Part shown: one piece after another, positions 8,007 through 16,807 of the stretch
How positions within the stretch are numbered: position 1 is the first letter of the stretch
How the letters are laid out: each line of letters begins with the position of its first letter
Assembly (NCBI GenBank): GCA_038242295.1
Contig: JBBSSG010000003.1
Location: forward strand, 398 to 64,397
DNA length: 64,000 nt
From: Mycobacteriales bacterium
Lineage (GTDB): Bacteria > Actinomycetota > Actinomycetes > Mycobacteriales > Mycobacteriaceae
Direction of reading: 5' to 3'
Translations under genes and position numbers: made by a program
The notes under the pieces: model-generated
The model's database searches: none
What the model saw: the letters and a program-made list of their open reading frames with translations, nothing else
What the model was told of the DNA's origin: nothing

Positions 8007-10093
8007 GGGCCGGGTGGAAACAGCGGCGGAATGGTGAAGTCCGGCAGACCAGGAATGAGCGGTGGCGGCGGAGGCGGCGGCGGAGGAGGTTCGACCTGGG
8101 TCGGGGCATCCGGGATGACGGGGCTCGGCTCAGGCTCAGGGGCCACAACCGGTGCCTCGACGGGCGCTTCGACCACCGGCGGCGGGGGTGGAGGTGGCGG
8201 CGGGGGAAGTGGAGCAACTTCAGTTGCGACCGGCGGTGGCGGAACCGCCGCGCTAGGCGTAGTGACCGGCACCTGTGTCACCGCGGTATCGACGACGGCA
8301 GGCGAACTCGGACGCGTCAAGACGAAACCGGACAATGCGATGACCGCAGCAGCTGCCACTCCGATGACGGACCAGGACCGAATGCGACGACGCTTGCGCT
8401 CGTCCTCGTTCTCGCCGTCCTCGTCGTCGTAGTCGGCATCGAGCCAATAGATGCCGGACAGTTCGAAATGCGACGGTGAGGGCGCCGGTGTGGAGTCTGA
8501 CTCAGGCTCGCCCCCGTCCGGTTCGGAAGCCTGTTCGGGAGCCTGTTCGAGAGCCGGATCGGCCCGCGGCGACACAGCGACCGTGGACGGCGAGAATGCA
8601 GACGCCGAGTCAGCAGGCGGCGTGAGAGTCGAGGGCGCATATGCCGCACTCGCACCAGCAAAAGTAGGCTCGACCGGCTCCGACGGCGTGAGAGTAGACG
8701 GCGCAAATGCCGCGCTCGCACGCGCAGAGCGTTCCTCAACAGACTCCGGCGGGGCGACAGACGGCGAGACGGTCCAAGGAAAGAACGCCGCGCTCGCAGA
8801 GGATGCATCAACCGGCTCCGGCGGGGCAACCGACCGCGAGACGGTCGGCGGCACGAACGCGGACGCGGATGGCGAGACGGTCGACGGACCGAATGCCGCA
8901 CTCGCACGCTCAGAGGGGGCCTCAAGGTGCTCGGGCGGGGCAATCGATGGTGTGAAAGTCGACGGGGGGAGAGTCGACGGCACAAATGTCGCGCCCGCAG
9001 AAGTCGTCTCGACCGGCTTCGGCGGGGCAACCGGCGGCCTCACAACCGGTGCATGTGGCGGGTACTCGGGCGAGATCGGCGGATTGGGTGCTGTGTCGGT
9101 GAGCCTCGAATTCGCAGCACCCATATCCGGGCTAGCCGGTGCGGGTAGCGAATATGACTCATCTGGCGCATACGACTCGGCGGGCACATACGGCTCAGCG
9201 GGTACATAAGAGCGATCTGTGCGCTCACTTGGGCGCGCGGACAGCGCGGCACCTCGCGCGGCCACTGATTCAGGTTCGTTCGGGGTGAGCGCCGGCAGGT
9301 CGAGCGAGGCACCGACGCGTTCGCGCACGATCGGCATGCGCGCTCCCCCGCCGATGAGGACGACTGCATCGATCGGTACCTGAGCCCCGATCAGTATCTC
9401 GCGCGCGAACTCGATGGATCGATCGAGGTCGTCGATGATCAAGGACTCGAAATTCTCACGAGAAAGCAGAATCATTCCGCTCTCGTCTGGCAGGCAGACC
9501 GCTTCGATGCGAGAGAGGCGCTCTTTGGCGACGCGGCAACGACGTGTGAACAGCCCGATGTCGGGTGCATCGCTGGGCTTTCCGAGCCGCGCGAGCTGAT
9601 TGTCGCGCAGGATTTCGTCGAAGATATCGCCACTGAACACGCTGGTCCGTTCCGTGACGATGACGCGGCGTGAATTCAAATCCACCACGCTCACGGTCAG
9701 GCCCGAACTACCGAGGTCGTACAACGCGACAGTGGAATAGCCTGCTGCTTCACCGCTCGCGATCAGATACTCGACTACCGCTTCGACCTCATGCACCAGG
9801 CAATAGTTCCGAAGGTTCTGGTTTGCGAGGGCGCGGTGCAGTGTGTCTGCTTGATGCGCGTCCCTGTAAGCGACCCCGGTCGCCATCGATGGCTCGGACT
9901 CAGCAGCCAGTGCGCTGATGGATTCGGCAGCCAAGTACTCGACGTCATCGTCGACCGTGTCGATGACTTGATTGTTGAAGAACAGCTGCTGCGGGGCCTC
10001 CGGCGGACGAGCATGAGGGACGGCAGCACCGTTGCGCGGCAGGGCCATACGCACGGCATGGGCGCCCATGGACACCCCCAGCAACACGGTCAT
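8003..10093 (-). CDS. Membrane-anchored Hsp70-like (actin-fold NBD only) protein with Pro/Ser-rich repeat stalk
   Basis: YDLGSSG, AKERLS, VLIGGGARMP and ESVAARGAAL Hsp70 NBD motifs; no substrate-binding domain; repeats of type SAAFAPSTVSP, one TM and a poly-Pro tail. Confidence 0.75.
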   Translation of the reverse strand: MTVLLGVSMGAHAVRMALPRNGAAVPHARPPEAPQQLFFNNQVIDTVDDDVEYLAAESISALAAESEPSMATGVAYRDAHQADTLHRALANQNLRNYCLVHEVEAVVEYLIASGEAAGYSTVALYDLGSSGLTVSVVDLNSRRVIVTERTSVFSGDIFDEILRDNQLARLGKPSDAPDIGLFTRRCRVAKERLSRIEAVCLPDESGMILLSRENFESLIIDDLDRSIEFAREILIGAQVPIDAVVLIGGGARMPIVRERVGASLDLPALTPNEPESVAARGAALSARPSERTDRSYVPAEPYVPAESYAPDESYSLPAPASPDMGAANSRLTDTAPNPPISPEYPPHAPVVRPPVAPPKPVETTSAGATFVPSTLPPSTFTPSIAPPEHLEAPSERASAAFGPSTVSPSASAFVPPTVSRSVAPPEPVDASSASAAFFPWTVSPSVAPPESVEERSARASAAFAPSTLTPSEPVEPTFAGASAAYAPSTLTPPADSASAFSPSTVAVSPRADPALEQAPEQASEPDGGEPESDSTPAPSPSHFELSGIYWLDADYDDEDGENEDERKRRRIRSWSVIGVAAAAVIALSGFVLTRPSSPAVVDTAVTQVPVTTPSAAVPPPPVATEVAPLPPPPPPPPPPVVEAPVEAPVVAPEPEPSPVIPDAPTQVEPPPPPPPPPPLIPGLPDFTIPPLFPPGP

Positions 10094-10231
10094 CTCTCGG
10101 CCTCGTTTCGCGTAACACGTTCGGACTTTTCTATTCGTCCAGACCGCAACAGGTCAAGAACGCACATGGTCCAGAGCGCAACGCTACCGGTAGGGAATGA
10201 TTGTTGTGACACGGCCTTGATCGCGCCGAAG

Positions 10232-12130
10232 TCAGTTACCGGCGTCGATCCCGGTTTCGAAGCTCTGATCAACTCCGACGTTTGGAAGCTCTGCGAAATC
10301 CGAGTCGCCGGTCTCGGACTGGGCCCCGGTATCGAATGATTCGTCTTCGATACCCGAATCGTCAGTGCCGAAATTTCTAGAACCATCGGTGTCGAACTGA
10401 CCGTTACCGAACTCGTCGGCACCGGAACCATCGGTACCGAACTCATCAGTGCCGGAACCACCGAAGTCCTCGGTCTGTTCGGGTATGAGCTCGGCCGGGG
10501 GTAGCACCGGCGCTGGAGCAACGGGGACAGGCATCTGTGGGATGTCCGACGGCTCACCTGTCGACACACCCGCAGGGTCCACTCCGATTCCTGGGGGCGG
10601 TGGGGTATCCCCGCGCAGATAAACCACCGACCACACCAGAAGTACGACGGCAGCGACGGCCAGCAACGCCGAAGCGTCACGCAGCGACCAACGCATCCCC
10701 GGTGGAACCAGACGATTGATTCCCCGCGCAGAAGGTTTCGTCTTCGGCAAAAATGCAGGAACCCCTCGGCGCTCGAACGGCACCGCGAACTCCGGCGCGA
10801 ATCGTTGCTCCGACTGCCGCGGAGCCTCAGGGGCAACCCGAGGCTCTGGCGCGAACTCAGGCGCAACCCGAGATTCCTGCTGCGGCGCGTACTTAGGCGC
10901 AACCCAAGAGTCCTGCTGCGGGGCGAACTTGGGGGCACCCCAAAGCTCCGGCGCGGTCTCGCGCTTCGGTTCCGTCTCGAGGTGCGCGGTCGGGGCGATG
11001 ACGCGGATCTGCTCGGTGGGAGCCTCGGAGTCTTCACTCTCGAACTGCTCAGTCGCCAACTCCTCGACGGCCAACTTCTCGACGGCGAGGTCCTCAACCG
11101 CAAATTTCTCGGTCGCAGGCTCCTCGACCGCGAAGTCCTCAACTGCGAAGTCCTCAACTGCGAAGTCCTCGTCAGCTGGTTCCTCAGCCTCAGCCTCGAG
11201 CTCGTCAGCAGGCTCCTCGGCCTCGAACGCTTCAGTCTCGAGCTCTTCAGCCTCGAACTCGTCGTCCGGAGCTGGGGTGTGCGGCGGGGCGTCGTATGGC
11301 CTACCCAGCACCGTGTCGAGGTCCATCTGCGGCGCTGTCGGCTCGGCTTCGAGTGCCGCACCCTCGAGAATGACCGACTCGGGCGACTCGGGCACGACGA
11401 GCGGGACGGTCCACTTCTGCTCGATGAGTTCGCTCACCAGCGGGTTGCGCGCACCGCCGCCGATCAGCAGCACCGCGTCGGGTTCGGTGGGCGCCGCCCA
11501 CGAGAGGGTTTTTATCAGCAGCGAGCCGATAGCCTCGGCGAACTCGTCTCGGGTGAGCAGCATAGGCCCGTTACCCGGTGCTCGGACGCCCGCTGACGTC
11601 GCGAGGAGTTCCTTCAATTCGCGGAAGAATGCTCGGTATTCGGCCTGCGCATCGGCGCCGCGCGCCGTAGGCAGGATGTTTTTGGCCATGACGACACGCT
11701 CGACTATGTCGTCGAGTTTCTCGCCGGACAATGCGGACTGCCGAGCAGACCTGACGACTTCGCCGGCGAGGACGTCGAGTGTGAATGCAGAGGTGCCGTA
11801 TCTGCCCAGGTCGAGCACGAGGAGTGAGCGCGCGTCCGATAGTTCGGGGAGAGAGCGGGCGTAGGCGAGGAGCGCTGCGCCTTCGTCGACCATGCGGATC
11901 GTCGACATATTGCCGGTGTCGAGTGTGCCGAGCAGCGCTTCTACGACGTCTGAGTCACGGCCGGTGAGAACGACGTCGTCAAAGGGTCCGCAGTCGACTA
12001 ATTTGCCGCTCAGGAGCCACTGTGCTCCTTCGGCATCTATCGAGTCCTCGATCCGACGTCCATCTCGGAAGTACGAGATTCGGACGGCGTCCGATTCGAC
12101 GGCCACGCCGCAGACTCCACCCATCGACAC
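10232..12130 (-). CDS. Second, more divergent membrane-anchored Hsp70-like protein with acidic repeats
   Basis: VLDLGRYG, LKELLA, LLIGGGARNP and ESVILEGAAL; EDFAV and APKFAPQQ repeats; one TM; acidic tail. Confidence 0.7.
   Translation of the reverse strand: MSMGGVCGVAVESDAVRISYFRDGRRIEDSIDAEGAQWLLSGKLVDCGPFDDVVLTGRDSDVVEALLGTLDTGNMSTIRMVDEGAALLAYARSLPELSDARSLLVLDLGRYGTSAFTLDVLAGEVVRSARQSALSGEKLDDIVERVVMAKNILPTARGADAQAEYRAFFRELKELLATSAGVRAPGNGPMLLTRDEFAEAIGSLLIKTLSWAAPTEPDAVLLIGGGARNPLVSELIEQKWTVPLVVPESPESVILEGAALEAEPTAPQMDLDTVLGRPYDAPPHTPAPDDEFEAEELETEAFEAEEPADELEAEAEEPADEDFAVEDFAVEDFAVEEPATEKFAVEDLAVEKLAVEELATEQFESEDSEAPTEQIRVIAPTAHLETEPKRETAPELWGAPKFAPQQDSWVAPKYAPQQESRVAPEFAPEPRVAPEAPRQSEQRFAPEFAVPFERRGVPAFLPKTKPSARGINRLVPPGMRWSLRDASALLAVAAVVLLVWSVVYLRGDTPPPPGIGVDPAGVSTGEPSDIPQMPVPVAPAPVLPPAELIPEQTEDFGGSGTDEFGTDGSGADEFGNGQFDTDGSRNFGTDDSGIEDESFDTGAQSETGDSDFAELPNVGVDQSFETGIDAGN
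10820..11175 (-). repeat. Coding tandem repeats (36-bp APxxAPQQ units and 15-bp EDFAV-type units)
   Basis: Translation shows EDFAVEDFAVEDFAVEEPATEKFAVEDLAVEKLAV and APKFAPQQDSWVAPKYAPQQESRVAPEFAP. Confidence 0.8.
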
Positions 12131-12474
12131 GGATTTCCTTCAACTTTATGTACCTCGACGTCGGTTGCACTGTACTTCGCGTCCGACCCGATCACCGACC
12201 AATGCGTCGGGCTCTGATTTCGCATCGTTACTTTGCCAAGCAAAAATGCGTCGTACACCACGTACGACACCGACATAAGACCAGGTGGGCCAAAAGCCGG
12301 AAAATACTATGTGAGCAAACCAAGCATTCTCAGTAACGCTTCAAAACATTCTACGATATTGTTTGGAAGGGTCTGGGGAGACTGCTGGGCAAGACGTCTA
12401 TCTACTCGTCGACCCACGGTCGTTCGCGAGGCCGCCCGGTCTCGGAATGTTAACGAGGTTCGGTGGAGGTTCGC

Positions 12475-12732
12475 ATGGAGACACTCAATTCTGAAGATGT
12501 GGCACGGGTTCGCGATGTCTTGGACAAGTTCGGCAAGCTTCCCGTTTCAGCACAGACCATCGACGCATCGGCCGATCTCTACGACAGCGGCCTCACCTCG
12601 CACGCGAGCGTAAACGTGATGATCGCACTCGAGGACGAGTTCGACGTCGAGTTCCCCGACACCATGTTGCAGAAGTCCACCTTCGGCAGCATCGACGCGA
12701 TTGCTACTGCCATCGCCCAACTGACGGACTGA
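12475..12732 (+). CDS. Acyl/aminoacyl carrier protein
   Basis: 85-aa acidic protein with DLYDSGLTSH (phosphopantetheine Ser) and ALEDEFDVEFPD; GGAGG RBS before ATG 12475. Confidence 0.92.
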   Translation: METLNSEDVARVRDVLDKFGKLPVSAQTIDASADLYDSGLTSHASVNVMIALEDEFDVEFPDTMLQKSTFGSIDAIATAIAQLTD

Positions 12733-13896
12733 TTGCCTGTGAGCACCACTTACGAAACTGCCAACAGCACCATGGTTCTGTCCGACGTGCTCCCCGTACT
12801 GGGTAAGCACGCCGGCGAGGTCGATCGCGATGCTCGTTTCCCCAGCGAATCGGTCGACGCGATGCGCCGGGCCGGCCTGCTCGCAGCAGCAATTCCCACC
12901 GAGTTCGGTGGCGGTGGGCGCTCGCTCACCGATCTGGCGCATACCGCTCGGGCCCTCGGCGCCGAGTGCGCGTCGACGGCGATGATCTTCGTGATGCACC
13001 AGACGCAGGTACTGAGCATCGTTCGGCACGGCAGATCCGACGCCATGAGTGCGTTGCTGAAGCGTCTTGCCGCCGAGCAGCCTCTGGTTGCGTCGGCGAC
13101 CACCGAGATCAACATCGGCGGCGACGTCCGTACCAGTGGGTGCGCGGTCGAGTACGACGGCGAACGCATTCGACTCTCGAAGACCGCGCCGGTCATTTCT
13201 TACGGGGAGTACGCCCAGTTCGTGCTCGCAACGGCTCGCCGCTCGGTGGACAGTCCGCCCAGCGACCAGGTACTCGTGGTGTGTGAGAAGCCGAACGTGG
13301 TCCTCGAACGCATCGGCGACTGGGACACCATGGGCTTTCGTGGCACGTGCAGTCCGGGGTTCCAGCTCGAAGCCACCGCGACGACGTCGAACATTCTCGG
13401 CGACAACTACGGCGATATTTCCTCACAGACGATGCTCCCGGCAGCGCACGTGCTGTGGGGTTCGGCGTGGCTCGGCATTGCGGACGCTGCGGTGTCCAAA
13501 GCGCGCAAGGCTGTTCGTAAGTCTGCGAGCCGGACCCCTGGCGTGACCCCGCCGAATGCACTTCGTCTCGCGGAGCTCTACGTAGTACACGAACAATTGG
13601 TCGACACCGTCTTCGGCGCGGCAGCAAAATACGAAGCCATCGCAGACTCACCCACCGAGCTCGGTGCTATTGGGTACGCGGTCAAGATCAACAACGTCAA
13701 GGTGAGTGCGTCGACGCTCGTGATCGACATCGTCGGAAAGGCGCTGCAGATCTGCGGTATCGCCGGCTATCGCCTGGACAGCGACCTCAGCATCGCTCGC
13801 CATCTTCGAGATGCACACGGCTCCGCGATCATGGTCAGCAACGAGCGCATCCTCGGCCACAATTCTCAACTCGCGCTCGTCTACAAGGGCAAGTAA
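12733..13896 (+). CDS. Acyl-CoA dehydrogenase-fold flavoprotein, probably acting on an ACP-bound substrate
   Basis: VDRDARFP, IPTEFGGGG, WDTMGFRGT, ALQICGIAGY and RHLRDA motifs; directly follows the ACP stop codon. Confidence 0.9.
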   Translation: MPVSTTYETANSTMVLSDVLPVLGKHAGEVDRDARFPSESVDAMRRAGLLAAAIPTEFGGGGRSLTDLAHTARALGAECASTAMIFVMHQTQVLSIVRHGRSDAMSALLKRLAAEQPLVASATTEINIGGDVRTSGCAVEYDGERIRLSKTAPVISYGEYAQFVLATARRSVDSPPSDQVLVVCEKPNVVLERIGDWDTMGFRGTCSPGFQLEATATTSNILGDNYGDISSQTMLPAAHVLWGSAWLGIADAAVSKARKAVRKSASRTPGVTPPNALRLAELYVVHEQLVDTVFGAAAKYEAIADSPTELGAIGYAVKINNVKVSASTLVIDIVGKALQICGIAGYRLDSDLSIARHLRDAHGSAIMVSNERILGHNSQLALVYKGK

Positions 13897-14829
13897 ATGA
13901 CTACGACACATCAGGTCAGTGAACTCGACTCTGCGCGAGCGGTATTCCGTAATGAGCTGATCGCCGCCGAGCTCCTCGTCCCCAGCTCGGTGCAAGGGTT
14001 GTACGGACGCTCCGGCGAGTTCGAGGACATCATCGAAACCGTCGACGACGTCGTCAAAGCTGCCGGCGCAAGCGAGCACGGCTTCGAGGCTCCGCGATTC
14101 CGATTCCCTCCCGTCTTTCCACGGGAAGCATTCGAACGCACCGACTACATCGCCTCGTTCCCCAACCTGACCGGCGCGATCAACACCTTCGAAGGCGACA
14201 ACAAGGCTCACGCCGCGTTGCTTGCAGACCGTTCCGAGGGCAAAGACTGGGATCATCACCTCGAGTCCGCAGGGACGATGCTCGTGTCGGCCGCCTGCCA
14301 TCCGTCGTACTCGATGATGTCCGGACGCCTGCCCGAGGACGGTCGCCTGCTCGACATCTACGGGTACTGCTTCCGCCACGAGCCTGCGGTCGATCCCGCA
14401 CGCATGCAAGCATTTCGAATGCACGAGTTTGTGCGGGTGGGAACCCCGGCCGATGCAGCTGCCCACCGTGACCGCTGGGCCGATCGCGGACTGCAGGTGC
14501 TCGCCGATCTCGGGCTCGAAGCCGAGGCCGTCATCGCCAATGATCCGTTCTTCGGACGCGCAGGCCGCATGCTGGCCGCGAATCAGCGTAACGAGAACCT
14601 GAAGACCGAGCTGGTCGTCAAACTGTACGGAGATCTCGACGACGGCACCGCCGTCGTCTCGTGCAATTGCCACCGCGACCACTTCGGCCACACATTCGGA
14701 ATCACCACCGCCGACGGCGCCCCCGCGCACAGCGCATGCGTCGGGTTCGGCATGGAGCGCATCGCACTGGCGATGTTGCGCACGCATGGCCTCGACCGTC
14801 GAAAGTGGCCGGCTTCTATCTCCAACTGA
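13897..14829 (+). CDS. Amino acid--[acyl-carrier-protein] ligase (homolog of the atypical seryl-tRNA synthetase catalytic domain)
   Basis: Class II aaRS motif 2 (CFRHEP...RMQAFRMHEFV) and motif 3 (HSACVGFGMERI); putative Zn ligands in AACHP, HEF and SACVG; ANDPFFGR; no tRNA-binding domain; adjacent to an ACP. Confidence 0.92.
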   Translation: MTTTHQVSELDSARAVFRNELIAAELLVPSSVQGLYGRSGEFEDIIETVDDVVKAAGASEHGFEAPRFRFPPVFPREAFERTDYIASFPNLTGAINTFEGDNKAHAALLADRSEGKDWDHHLESAGTMLVSAACHPSYSMMSGRLPEDGRLLDIYGYCFRHEPAVDPARMQAFRMHEFVRVGTPADAAAHRDRWADRGLQVLADLGLEAEAVIANDPFFGRAGRMLAANQRNENLKTELVVKLYGDLDDGTAVVSCNCHRDHFGHTFGITTADGAPAHSACVGFGMERIALAMLRTHGLDRRKWPASISN

Positions 14830-14900
14830 ACGGTACGAACCCCCTCGCACCACCGAATGAAAAGACGACACCGCCGCCGACACCGATTGGGAAATTTCCT

Positions 14901-16712
14901 GTGACCACCCGAAGTACAGCAGAGCAGAACACGCACACGTCTGACACAGACATCGATACGCGTACTGCCGGCGGAAAGTACTCGACGTGGTTCGGACCCG
15001 AGTCGGCAAGCTTGTTCGGCACTGTGCACGTACCCGAAGGTGGTCGCGCCAGAGGTGGAGTGATTTTGTGCCCGCCCCTGGGCAAGGAACAGGTCGACTC
15101 CTACCGCGGAATGATATTGCTAGCTCAAAAGCTCTGCGATGCAGGGCTTTTTGTACTTCGATTCGACTACTTCGGTACCGGAGACTCGGCCGGCGAACAA
15201 GACTCGGCGAACATCGTCCCGCAGTGGACCTCCAGCGTTGTCACCGCGGCCAGTTTTGCGCGTGAATGCGGCGTCGAGAATGTCGCGCTCGTCGGATTAC
15301 GTGCCGGCGCGCTCCTGGGCGCTGCGGCGGCGGCGCAATGCGGACCGTTGAACGCAATTGCGCTGTGGGATCCGGTCCTGCGGGGTCGGTCGTACCTGCG
15401 TGAGCAGCGAGCCCTGTATTCGGTCAGCGTCACTCAGGACTCCGCCGTAGACGCTCGAATTTCGATAATCGGCTCCGTATTTCACCCCGACGTGGCGCCG
15501 GGCCTCGGGGCACTCGACAGCTCCAAGCTGTCGCCGATCGATTGCCCCGTGCTTGTCGCGACCCGACCCGAGCGCGGGGACGCCAAACCCGTCCGAGACC
15601 TGGTCGACACCCAGAACGCCGAACAATACACACTGTCCGATCACGAGCTGTTCCTCGAACCGAGCGATTTCGAGGTCGTACTGCCCAGTGCCGACATCAC
15701 GCATCTGGCATCGTGGATTTCGGACCGTTTCGACGCCGGCACTCAGGCCCCCGCCGCTTCGGCAATTTCGGTCCCGCTGCGCAATCAGGCCGAGTTCGGC
15801 TCTGGCGAGCGCTCGGTGGTCGAGACGACGCAATCACTCGGACCGAACGGGCTGTTCAGCATCAAGACCACCTCGTCCTCGTGCATCCCGGGCGGACCGA
15901 CTGTCGTTCTGTTTCCGACCGCGAACGAGCATCGCGTCGGGCCGGTCCGGATGTGGGTCGAGATCGCTCGAAGTCTTGCTGCGCATGGTGTTTCAGTTGT
16001 CCGGTTCGATCGCCGGGGCACCGGGGAGAACGGCCTGGTATCCGATACCGAGATCACCAAGCTGTACAGCGACCAAGGCAACGAAGATGCCCTGACGGCG
16101 GTGCACCATGCAGGAACCGCGCCGTGCAATGTCTTGGTGTCCGGGATGTGCTCGGGCTCGTGGTACTCGAGCTTCGCTGCGGGCGAGCTCGGCGTGAACT
16201 CCGCTGTTCTGCTGAACACCCTCGACTGGACCACCAAACGGCTCGAGTTCGTCAAGCGCTCCTCGATGGTGCAGGGAGACCCGAGCTTCTTCGCGCCCGC
16301 GTTGGACCGACTTCACAACGTGGGCGTGCGGGTGAAGAACAGGTTGCAAACCTCGATGCCGTATCCACTGTGGATCTGGCTCGGTACGCGCGGCCTCATC
16401 CAGGTTCCCGAGATTTCGCTACGCAAGCTGGAGTCCATGAATGTGCGGACCACAGTACTTCTGTCTCCGACGGACACCGCGTGGTTTGTGGCCAACCGCG
16501 GGCCGGAGGGAATGAACCGTCTGCGCAGACGCCCTTCGCCGCAATCACGCTCGACAGTGGTCAAGTCCTTCGCAGGCGGCGATCACTCGCTGTACAGCCG
16601 CGATCTGCGGGAATCGGTTCGCGCTGAATTCGTCTCCGCTGTCAATGAAGCGTTCGACATCGAAATCGGTCTGCCCGCGCCGCCGGTACCCGTGCAATGG
16701 ACACCTCTGTGA
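14901..16712 (+). CDS. Tandem double alpha/beta-hydrolase-fold protein (resembles fused exosortase-A-associated hydrolases 2 and 1)
   Basis: Domain 1: RFDYFGTGDS with elbow GLRAG (no nucleophile). Domain 2: RFDRRGTGE with elbow GMCSG (Cys) and C-terminal GDHS. Start set at GTG 14901. Confidence 0.8.
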   Translation: MTTRSTAEQNTHTSDTDIDTRTAGGKYSTWFGPESASLFGTVHVPEGGRARGGVILCPPLGKEQVDSYRGMILLAQKLCDAGLFVLRFDYFGTGDSAGEQDSANIVPQWTSSVVTAASFARECGVENVALVGLRAGALLGAAAAAQCGPLNAIALWDPVLRGRSYLREQRALYSVSVTQDSAVDARISIIGSVFHPDVAPGLGALDSSKLSPIDCPVLVATRPERGDAKPVRDLVDTQNAEQYTLSDHELFLEPSDFEVVLPSADITHLASWISDRFDAGTQAPAASAISVPLRNQAEFGSGERSVVETTQSLGPNGLFSIKTTSSSCIPGGPTVVLFPTANEHRVGPVRMWVEIARSLAAHGVSVVRFDRRGTGENGLVSDTEITKLYSDQGNEDALTAVHHAGTAPCNVLVSGMCSGSWYSSFAAGELGVNSAVLLNTLDWTTKRLEFVKRSSMVQGDPSFFAPALDRLHNVGVRVKNRLQTSMPYPLWIWLGTRGLIQVPEISLRKLESMNVRTTVLLSPTDTAWFVANRGPEGMNRLRRRPSPQSRSTVVKSFAGGDHSLYSRDLRESVRAEFVSAVNEAFDIEIGLPAPPVPVQWTPL

Positions 16713-16807
16713 AGCACCGCGCGCCGAAGATAGCACCGCCGCGGCACCATAATCTCGAACGGCTCGAGTGGTATCCACTCGAGCCGGTTCGGTGGGACAT
16801 GGGTCTG

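Noticed and set aside
12131-12474. Riboswitch or sRNA in the AT-rich divergent region before the ACP
   Set aside because: No recognisable aptamer or stable terminator structure; most likely ordinary divergent promoters
13897-14829. Annotation as a true seryl-tRNA synthetase
   Set aside because: Only about 310 aa, lacks the tRNA-binding domain and is encoded with an ACP
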